Positions 10,560 through 21,200 of a stretch of DNA of 43,669 nucleotides are shown one piece after another. The DNA comes from Hyphochytrium catenoides. Taxonomy: Eukaryota > Protista > Hyphochytriomycota. Each line of letters opens with the position of its first letter. Position 1 is the first letter of the stretch. The notes below the pieces were generated by a model. That model did not search any database, was not told the origin of the DNA, and saw only the letters and a program-made list of their open reading frames with translations. Where the stretch lies: the NCBI GenBank assembly GCA_900088475.1, contig FLMG01000801.1:1-43669 (forward strand). The letters run 5' to 3'. Made by a program: the position numbers and the translations under genes.

Positions 10560-13392
10560 ATGGCATCTAAGCTCGTGGTCGGGATGGTGGGCGGTGGTGT
10601 CGTAGGAGGAGGTCAGTAAGGCGTAACTCTTGCACTTTTTGCAGGAGCTGATCTCATCTTATCTATCCACTGCTTCTTGCAGGCGTTGTGGAGATGCTAG
10701 CCGCCAAGCGCGATCAGCTGCAGAAGCTTGGCGCTCATATTCGCATCAGCAAGGTACATGGTTGGGCCGGGTCAAGCTACTTCTACAAGTGTCCCCCCGG
10801 CCTCGCCACCTCCTCCTGGCAATTGAAGTTCGCTCTACATACGTCCTTCTAGCGGGATATGTTTTATCTCCTGGTCCCTGAACGCATCGTCACCGGTTGC
10901 TCTCTTTCTGTCTCCAGCTATGTGTGAGAGACATTAACAAGCAGAGAGACTTTGCGCTTGACAAGAACACCAAGCTGGTCAATGACTACAAAGGTATAGG
11001 CCTCCGTTATGACGATATCCTTTCCCTGCTCACGATGAGCACTACTCGTCATAACATAAAGACTAAAATTCTTATTATTCTACCCCTTCGGGTCTCTGCT
11101 GCCCCTGGCCTAATTCTTAGCCATCATCGATGACCCGGAGATCAACTGCGTGGTAGAGCTGATGGGAGGCGTCGGGGATGCCAAGTCCGTCGTCTTTGAG
11201 AGTATTAAGAGAGGAAAGCACGTAGTGACGGCAAACAAGGCACTGGTAGCTTCTTTCCTACCTGAGCTCATTGCCCTGCTGAAGGAACACCCCAATGTTA
11301 GATTTGGATATGAAGCTTCCGTGGCTGGAGGTAGCTTAACTCTGAGCTTTGCTTGTGTCTGCTTGTGTCTTTCGCCAATCAATCAATTATAAGCGTCTCC
11401 TTGGTTCTCGGCCCTGCCATAGTTCGTCCTCCTTCTGTTTGCGGTCCGTTCCTTCCTCGCTTAACCTTTCTCTGTAGAAAGTCTGCTTCCCACCCACAAC
11501 TCCTTTCTAAGCCGCTGCCTGTTCCAGTGTGGAACGAAGACCTCTACTTACTTTCGTCGTGGCTCTTGTTCTGTCACCCACATCTCCCGTTTTAGGAATC
11601 CCTATCATTGACACTCTCAGAAGGTCCTTTCTTGGTGATGAGGTCACCCAGGTATCCACAGGGATCGTCACTTCCTTTGACGGCCGTTTGGCTCCCAATC
11701 ACCACTTCGTCAACTCCTACAATCAACTTCTTATGCACGTAGCGCCTATCACGAACCTTAGACCTCACTCAGCCCTCTTCACTCTTCCTCTCGCTTATCT
11801 GCTTTCCCGCCTATCACGAGCCTTAGACCTCACTCAGCCTTCTTCACTCTTCCTCTCGCTTATCTGCTTTCCCTTTGTCTGGCCCGCTGCTTACTGGGGC
11901 AGGTGGCTGGCATAATGAACGGGACCACAAACTACATCCTTACAAAGATGGACAAGGAGCATGCGGACTATTCCAATGTACTAAAGGATGCTCAAAGACT
12001 AGGATTCGCTGAAGGTTGATCTGCACGTCATGTGACATGTCGTCATCTCTATTCTGGCTAGCCGAAGAGTCTCCACACTTGCTTGCTTCCCAAATCGATG
12101 TATCGTGCTGGGCCTTCCCTACATCTTGGCCTCTGATTGTCTTCTCTATTTGCCTTGACCCTCACCTGCAGCTGATCCCACTGCGGACGTGGAAGGGCAT
12201 GACGTCCAAGCAAAGATTGCTCTGCTGACAAAGTTGGCATTTGGAGTCAATGTCCCCCTGGAATGCATTCCTACGATGGGCATTTCTAGGATCACGAGGT
12301 ACCCTCTATTCCCTTAAACTGATCGGCTCTCCTTTTAGTTGTGGTATGGCGACTTGGGGTTCAAGGAACATGTCATCTTTCGCCCACGTCTATTGCTGGT
12401 CCAACGCTTCCTATACGATGGGCACTTGACACCTACTAAGCTGGCTTTTTGGTTCAAAGCATTGACTTCGAGTACGCCAAGATGCTTCAAAGTACCATCA
12501 AGCTGCTGGGCGTGAGCAAGAAGATAGCCGAGAAGAAGATTGCTGTCTACGTCTCACCCATGCTAGTTCCCCTCTCGAACGATATTGCTGGGATCGGTGG
12601 AGCAGAGAATGTCGTCAATGTAGAGTCTAAGGTAAGTAGGGTCTCATTTCTTCTTCATTACTCCGACCTATTCCCTCATTACGGAGGTCCTTTCGGCTCC
12701 GTTGTACTCTGTACTCTTCCAAGTGTTCTGCACTAATAGTCTTGCATTTGCTTATAGAACCTGAAATCTAGCTCCTTTGTCGGCTTTGGTGCTGGAAGGT
12801 TTCCAACCGCCAACTCGGTTGTTAGTGACATCATCCACATCGCTCTTGGCAGTGCAGCGGCCAACCCCTTTCCGCTAGAAGAGCAGGTGAGGAAAATAAC
12901 GAAGAGGAAGGACGCCCAATGGACGGAGATCGATCTATTGTTGCAGACTTTTCTCTTTCTCCTGTCTAACGGCTGCTCTCCTTCTTTCAGATGCAACTTC
13001 AGGATGACTATGAGGCCCGCTTCTATCTCAGGATGAACATCAAGGATCAGGTAAGACAAGACGCTTGATCAACATAAGCATCCCCTCTGGTTGGCCTTAT
13101 CGAAAGTTGCCATGCATATTTTGGTGTCGACACCCCGAGGCCCTTGCTGACAGTTGGTCTCCTCGCTCCTGCCTTGCAGCTTGGTATTATCAAACGTGTG
13201 GGAGAGATCGCTGAGAACCACAAGGTTTCCATCAACGCAGTGCTCCAGAACCATATCCAAGACCGCTCTGATGTCAACTTCGTAGTAGAGACAGAAAAGA
13301 CCACTCTCTCTAATGTGAGGGACATGGCGCGGACCATCTCCAAGGAGCCATGGTCGAAGAGTGACCCTCTAGTAATGCCCTTCCTTTCCTAA
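10560..13392 (+). CDS. hom: Homoserine dehydrogenase, monofunctional with C-terminal ACT domain (11 exons)
   Basis: Rossmann [12 protein letters not shown]; VVELMGG; [11 protein letters not shown]; [12 protein letters not shown]; [11 protein letters not shown]; [19 protein letters not shown]; [17 protein letters not shown]; ACT-like [33 protein letters not shown]. Ten GT-AG introns join these blocks in frame (e.g. 10612..10682, 11652..11902, 12299..12459). Confidence 0.93.
11743..11872 (+). repeat. Tandem direct duplication, 2 x 65 bp, in homoserine dehydrogenase intron 5
   Basis: CGCCTATCACGA(A/G)CCTTAGACCTCACTCAGCC(C/T)TCTTCACTCTTCCTCTCGCTTATCTGCTTTCC at 11743..11807 and 11808..11872, 2 mismatches. 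Confidence 0.95.
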
Positions 13393-13664
13393 TAAGTCAA
13401 CATGCTGGCTCTCTCTGGGTCTTCACCCCCTAAACGTGTGTGCCTTAGTTCTTCACCCTCCGCCTTCAATTTTTCTTTGGATGAACTCTCAAGGCGTCGG
13501 ATGACAGACTGCGATCAGCAAGACAGAAAGGCTAGCCCTCCTAGCCATCTATCCTAACAGCTCTCTGGTTACTCTCCTCATGGGTTGTTCAGAAAGCCAT
13601 CTGCTTCATTCTGGAGCCGGCGGAGTTCGTTCTAGATGAGACAGCTTGTCACTGACCCAGAACT

Positions 13665-16600
13665 TCAAAGTGGGATATAAGACTGATGAAACGGACGTAC
13701 CATTTTGTCATCTCTCGTAGGGAAACGCTCACAAAGCTTCTGAAGGGCTCTGGGGCTAAGCCTTGGAATGCGAGACGTCACTGTAGAAGGGTTCCTAGCA
13801 CTCATGCTTAGCCTGAGAGCTTTGGCAACACTAAGCAGTGATCCGGGACTGTTGCTTCCAGATCGAGAAAGAAGACCTGTGGCTGCCGAGAAGTCGAGAA
13901 TTGGCTGCACTTCCCCGAGAGCTATTAGAGGGGCGGCCTTGTCAATGGTGTTCCCAGCTCCATCTCTTTCACTCTTGATGCTATCCTTACTCTCTAATCT
14001 TTTTCGACCCTCCGTTTTTCTTGATGGTGGAGATGACCTCTGTTTTCTTTTGATGTTTGAGTCGGTCCTCGACGGGACTTTGGACCAGTCAAGCTTCTGA
14101 AATTGGATAGCGTAGGGTTTGCGCTTCAAATAAGAGAAGGATGGTGTCTGACGTCCAACAAAAGCATACGGTACGTCAGCGCCTTAGTCAAAAGCACCAC
14201 ATTCGAAGAAAGAAGGGCATAAGAGGACCAGGTTTGCTAAACGGGAAGGCGGATGCTTGCTATCCTGCTAGGGTCATGTACCTCTGGACTCTGAGACCTC
14301 TCCTTAATGTACTCTGCCTCGCCTGTACTATATTCCCTATCCTCCTTATCGCAATCCGTCGAGATAACTCTCTGCGGTCGCGTAAGAGCCAATAGAGGGG
14401 TGGAAGTCAGCCTTGCGTCCTCAGAGAGAAAATGCGTCCATATGAAGTCCAACAAATGTGGCAGCAAAAAAATGAAATATGATAACTCAGTTGGATGCTG
14501 GCCGACCTGTGTGCAACCCTTTTCTGGCTGCTTTGGCACGTTCTTAACTGCCTTCTCTTTGAAGCGTGTGTTGTGACTCTTTCCAGTTGGCTGGTGAGAC
14601 GCTGAGCCATGCTGCGGTGGCAAGTGCAGCTTAGGGATCCCTTTGCTGCCCTCCTTAAGACTCACAGCGGCACGCAACTGACCCCTCACGAAGTCCTTCG
14701 GAACCCTCTTTTGGAGGGGAAACCAGCGCCCTGAACCCTCAGAAAGGCCCAGGTCCTGCATTTGATTAATCAAAGGAAGTACACCGACAACAAACACTCT
14801 AACGCATACTGACCATGAGAGAGAGAGGGATCAGAATGCTTCCGAGAAAGCCATCGCCGTTCACGTTTGTGTTTTCTGAAAGCCAGAGTTCCAGCTCCCA
14901 TTCTGATAGATCCCCTATCCCCTCCCCGACGGATGGGAACTCTAACACCACTGCGGGGGCCGATTCTTAGAACAGTCAGAAAGGGAATGAATCTTACACA
15001 CTCACCTTCGTCCTTTAAAGTCCAGGAAGGATCTGGGGAACGGCTGGCGGGAGTCACATGACAAGAAGCAAGAATAGCCGATCCCTGTTCAAAATGGGTT
15101 CAGAAAAATGTCATTTAGCCAATGGCACGACAGCGGGAGGGGCAAGTTCTCACCCTCTTTAGGTTTAGATCAAGGTAAACTTCGATGTCTCTGTACTGTG
15201 TGAAGTCAGGACCATACGAAGGCAAATCTCGCACCTCGAAGGGCCTCACCTGCAATTGCCATGAGAAATAAGAGGCAAATGCCAAGAACTGAGATTAGAG
15301 GAACAAGAAAGGCAACCTATCAGCAGTCACAGGCCCTAACGCTAACAGATGGAGATGTTACCCAAGCGGCAAGGCAAACGCCCACTTTGAGCAGTCTGGT
15401 CCTCATGGGGCGAGGGACGAGAAATGAAGGTCACTTACGTGGACTCCTTCCCAAAACGCCTTCTGTTTAGAGCTGGAAGGTGATACACTTTTGGCCGAAG
15501 ATCCAAGTCCGACTTCATTAGACAACCTCTAGAGTGACGCTACTTAGCTAAATTCTGTAGGCGAAAAGTTAGGTCTAATAAGAGAAGCACCTGCTCAGTG
15601 TCCTGGCTAACCGAAACTTGGGAACCCCGATGATAGCTGACTGGCGGTTGATGGTCTATCTGGCTGTGGGTCTGACTTCTGTGGGCTACATGCAGCTGGA
15701 AATAGAGCAGTAGAGTCAGATCACTGCTCGAACCAAGACGGCAAACTAGGTATCACACATTGGCTTGCCGGTATCTCTCTAAGGATTCTCTTAGAGCTGT
15801 TAGATGGCCCTTGGCACCTCGGCGCGTGACAAGGTCTATTATGGCCCCCTTAGAGCTTTTCAGGTTATCGGCGAGGCGTAGAAGAAACGCGTCACTCTCA
15901 GCAGTAGTGCTATAGATACCCAATTTGAAGAGAGGGGACTGCTATTCTTAGCATCCGGTTCACCGCAATAGGATAGGTAGGCTTTGTTACCTTGCTGAAG
16001 CCTGTCTGCCTTGGACCTCCTTCATGACATCTTGCGTCTGTAGGCAGTCATTCTTAAGATCCCGAACTTGGCTAGAACCCCATCGACAACGCACTCTATA
16101 GCCCTGAACCAGAGAGAAGTGAGCTTTAGAATCTTGATCAGGCCTAATTGGGGCTAAATCTACCTCAATGACCGCCATTAGGACTTGTCTTTGCCCTTCG
16201 TTAAGCGCCAACCAGCCTGAGAGGCTTCTGCCTCTTTCTCTGTCAAAAGAGTTGTCTCCTGTTTCAGCATCGCTAGGGGCATCAGCTCCATTACAGGTTA
16301 GCGGCACACTTTGCGTGGCCCCCACAGCTCGAACCTCTGGTGACCATGCATGCTGTGTCAGGGGTTTCGGCGACATGTCCGAACGGCTATTGTCACTTTG
16401 TTGCCCACTTTGACAGTCATCTATTGACCATCTTTTAGGGCTCTCTGAAGCCAGAGGGGGCATATCTAGCTTAGCAGAGCCCTCAGCCTCCACCGAGGAA
16501 TGAACCTGTTTCTCCAGCCTAGAGGTGAACGATCCGACCCCCAACATCGAGGATTCCGGCGTAGGGGCCGCTTCAGGTTTGCTTCCCGCCACCTCAATGT

Positions 16601-17564
16601 CAGTATTGACTTTGACCCATTGTTGAGGCGATAATAGCTCAAATTCATCTCTTTCAGGAAACGTATGGCCATTCAAAGGAAGGGGTAAACCGTGGGGGAG
16701 GCTGTCGTCTGCCCTTATAGAGGCAACGGATTCGTAGGTCCTCTTCGGTTCACCCTGAAAGCTCTCGTCAGAGGCACTCAATGACGAGAAAGCAAGGGGC
16801 TCACTGTCTGGATGACTTTCAGATGCAGCACTGCGCTGAAGATACGCAGCGAGAGTCCAAGTGGGTCTGGGAGTACTAAGAGTGGCCCTATGAGTATCCT
16901 CATCCTGAGCAAGACTGAAGTCAATCTTCGCCGATTGCCCTATAGGCGACTCTAAGGCCCCACGGGTCAGGTTCCTGTCAGTAGAACCACTGCGTTGAAG
17001 AAACGAGGCTAGGCTCCAAGAGCCCGCAGGCGGCTGCCAAGTAGTAGTCTTATCAGTAGGCGATGGGTGCGTCTTTGCTCCATAAGTAGCTAGTGTATCG
17101 CATGTCCCAGATAGTACAAATGCCTTGTCCGCTGTGGAGATGTTCGATGAATCTTTTACGGCTTCCGCAAGCACTTTAGCAGAAGGAGAATCGTAAGCCG
17201 CCAGAGACTCACGTGACTGCACTTCTTCGGCGGCTTTAGAAGCTTTGCTCACCTCGCAAGTATCGTGGATGGCGAAGGAACGTCCTCCATAAAATGTCCC
17301 ACCAGCAGATTCTCGCGAAGCAATGACCTTGTCGTGCTTGGCACTTTCCAGTTCTTGTTGCTGAACGAAATCTTCGTAGGAAAGTGGCAAAGGTCTATGG
17401 GCAGAAAGAGAGAACCAGACGCTCTCTTCTCCAAAACCTAATCCTGATGACAAGTGCAACGCTCTTTCCCTACTGGGTCTACTTGTAAGTGCACCACTAC
17501 TACTATCTTGCAGTTTTCTACGATTCTGGAAGAGCTTGAGCGCCAAGGGATCAACTTTTGCCAT
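13665..17564 (-). CDS. Large multi-exon protein: long Ser-rich disordered N-terminus, C2 domain, basic C-terminal tail (3' end uncertain)
   Basis: Long first exon (MAKVDPLALK..., donor at 15990). Small exons at ~15.25-14.66 kb splice to VHVRPFEVRDLP...SPDPSW...WELELWLSENTNVNGDGFLGSILIPLSLM|DLGLSEGSGRWFPLQKRVPKDFVRGQLRAAV, which matches C2-domain signatures. The last recognisable exon has YLKRKPYAIQFQKLDWSKVPSRTDS. Confidence 0.68.
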
Positions 17565-18278
17565 GTTAAGTCTGAAGCACTTGTCAAGTCGAAAGCACTC
17601 TATTTCACGCTCCAAGCGAAGCCCATCAGCCTCAGCAGGAGAGAGACAACTTCCAAACTGTCCATGACCTCACTTTCGTCGACAACCCAGCAGAAAAGAG
17701 ACAGCTTCCAGTCTGTCATGGCCTCACTTACTTCGGCAAAGGCTAGCTTGAGCCTGTGAGGCGGCAACTTCCTGCTTCAGATGATCCAGAGGTCAATAGC
17801 GGTCATCCTCGGCCGTCCGAGGAGCAGCTGCAGCGCTCTATAGTGCTCAGAGCTTCTGAAGTTAGGGTAGGTGACCTTTGATTTGGCGGGAAGGCCGAGA
17901 ATCCCCCTTCTCACGAAGTTCAAGGTTAACCTTTAGTTATAGCGATAGAGTGGAAACCCCCCTTCTTCGAATGGCAATGCAAATTTTTCTGTGGTCTCTG
18001 AATTTGATCAGAACTCGTACTTAACGTGTTCTGCTCTGTGCCGTCACCATCGGTTCCTCATACTGTCCTTATCGCTGTCAGGAGCCTTCGTACAGGGAGA
18101 AGACGGCACTGCAGACCCATGCGGAGTCCCTGGAAGAGCTCGGAATAGTCTCAGATGCGTGGTCCATGACAGGTTACGCCAGGAAGAATGAGGCCAACCT
18201 TGCCCAGGGTTATGACTTGGGAGTCATTCTCTTCAAGGGCGCCACCACGAGCTTGTATGCTGCGGCAGCTATGAATCC

Positions 18279-21200
18279 ATGGCGTCTTTAACTGTTCAGC
18301 GTGCCTCTAAGAGCTCAACTAGGCCTTTACACCGGGAGGAGGATGGCCTGAAGGAGGATTCTTTGCTAGACTTAGATGCTGCTTGCTCATTCAACGACTC
18401 TTGCATCGGTGGTGTCTATCATATCCCCCGCGAGGTGCTGGAAGACGGAGTCCCGGTGTTAGACTCACCATCTCCAGCCGGTAAGGTGGTCCGGAGACTA
18501 AAGAGTCCGACTGTTTTCGTTGCCAAGAATCGTCAAACGGACTCTCCGCAAGGCTCTGCTCTGGAAGGTGGAGCGACTAGCTCTTTCATCCAACTGGTGG
18601 ACAATACTTGGATTTGTGAGCGAGACGCCACTGGCAAAGTAATGGTCCGGCAAGGGGAGTACCCTGATAGCCTTTATGGTACCAGTTCTGCCAAAGATGT
18701 GCCACAAGAAGCGTCAGACAGCCAAAGGCAATACAAGGGTGTCAAGACTTGGCGAAGCCCGGGGAGCTATCTCCAGGTTACTCCATTTGACTCCTTGTCA
18801 AGTCCTTTGGCGACCAAAGACCAAAAACAGCTTCGTCGCAGCAATCCACAAAAGGAAGTAGCAAGTCCGTCGCCAATTGTAGCGCGTCAGCGGCAGGGTG
18901 GCGCATGCTCGCTCACGGCCTTCAGTGCGAACAAGAAACAGTCTGCGTCTACCACCTCTGACGCTTTCGGACTCTCCTTAGCCTCTCCTATGCCAGGGGA
19001 TAGTATAAGTTGCATAGTAAGCAAAAGGAGAAAGCTATCCAGTGCGGGTTATGCAGGGAGTGCGTTGCACTGGGTACGTCGAAGTCAGCTTCTGTCGCCC
19101 TCTAAAGTTCGTCAAATTGCCACTTACAGACGTGTTTCTCCTTTCTCACCTTTTGCAGTCGGCAAGTCCGCTTAGTACGAGATCTCCCGGGACGAAGCAG
19201 GATAACAATAGAGTAGGCTGCACCCCCAGCAAAGGAACAACGATAAAGGCGTGGAAGGACTACGATGCCGCTTCATCAAGAAGGGAGGAGCATGGCGAAG
19301 CCAAGAAGACCGCTGACAGTATCCAGAACCCAGTGAAAGGCACAAACATATTCCTGACTCCTGAAGGACAGAGAAGCAGAACTCTTACCTCAAAGGAGCC
19401 CACCCTAAGCTCAACGCCTCACAACTATCCTGAAAGTCGAGAGAGAAGAGAAGATGAAGTAGGGGCGATGGTAGCTGAAGGTGCAGAGAATGAGCACGCC
19501 CCTCTATGCACAAATGGAGGAACGTTAAGCATCAGTAGTCAAAGTGAGAAAGTAATTCTGGCACAAGGGAAATCGTCAATACTGTCATCCCCTTTGATAG
19601 CGGAACAGGTGAAGCAACGGGTGGTAACCGCAACTCCTCGAGGACTGCAGTCAAGTGTGAGAGATGGCACACCCACGAACGTTCTTGTGCCGGCAGAGCT
19701 GGGGACACCGACGACCATCGGCACGCGAGAGGTACAGAAGCCTGTAAGTTTGTCAAATGCACTGTGCTGCCTATCTGGGCGAATGTTCTCGTACTGAAAT
19801 ATATTGCTTAGAACCTGGTAGGAGAAGATGGAAAGAAAGTACCAGCAAGAGAAAAGGGCGAGCAGTATCATGGTCTGCTACTAACTCCTCCGCTAGAAGA
19901 TGCTGGGGATAGCATTCAGAGCCCTATGGTGAACCAGACACGGTCGGCAGCTCTTCGCCGTCGGTCATCTGTAAGGTGTGAGCTGCCTCCTGACGGCGCA
20001 ACCATAATTGAAGGAGAGGAAGAGCTCTCTAAGATCCGTAGCGCAAGGGCCACAGCGGGAGAAAGAATGGTCAACGTGTTAATCAACGGCGCCCAAGCGA
20101 CCCGCACTTTTTATGCCGACGGCACCCCTCAGACCTGTTCCAGGCGAAGCCAGCAGACTTCTCCCGCAGTCTTATCCGTGGGCCCCCTTGCGGAAAAGCT
20201 TCAGAGTCAAGGTAACAAGGCCTTAAACAAGAAAGGGCAAAGTATGAAAGAAGGAAATTCAGGCACTGGCTTTACAGAGTTAGCAGAACACCAAAGCCAC
20301 CTTGCTCCTATCAAAAAAAATCTCAATCTCAATCTAAGCACGGTAGAGGAGCATCTCTCTGTGGCTTCCCTAGCTAAAACCAAGATGCTCCAGGACGGAA
20401 TGACGGTCCGCGGGCGATGTTCAGTATGTTATCTTGAAGCTTCCCACCGTATAGAAGTCCAAGAGATCGGCAATGGGTACACTTACCCGGCTCTGGCAGG
20501 AGACGACACACAGCACGATAAACCAAGCGTGTTGCTATGTGCAGTTTGTCAAGTCCCCACACACATATATTGTCTCCCCCTCGATCTCTTAGAAAACAGA
20601 CATTGGGCAGAAACCGATGTGATCACAGACAAGAGGAAGAAGCTACGCGCCTTGGTCTGGACATGTTTTTCCTGCCAGAATGAATCGGCCTCGTCTAGGG
20701 CTTCGTCAAGGTAAGTGGCGAGCTAGAGGCATCCTGCTATAGAACTGTTGTGCGTTAGCATTTTATTGCGTCGTCCCTCCGGCCTCGAAGAACGCCACTG
20801 CCACCTCCTTTCCTTATCTTGCAAGGTTCTGAACATTGTGTCCATTCCAGAGCATGCCTTCTTTGTCCAGTTGAGGACGACAAGCCCTGCTGGTTGCCCA
20901 CGAATAGCGGTCATTGGGTGCATTTTCTTTGTGCTCATCTGGCTGGGCTTGGAATAGAACCAACCGGAGAAGTGCAAGGTATCAGTACTACAGTCGATGC
21001 GAGATAGGCCAAGTTGTTGGCATGGTCAAAGAACCAGGCAACCATAAGAGATAGAGCTCGAGTCAATGCATGCAGAAGGCGATAGAGGGAACACCTATCT
21101 TACATAGGATGAGAGAAAGTATGAATAGGAGCCAAATTTGAGTCTAACGTAGAGCTTGGCGCTAGTCTCAACCTCGCAAGCGGACCAATGGGCCAAGCGC

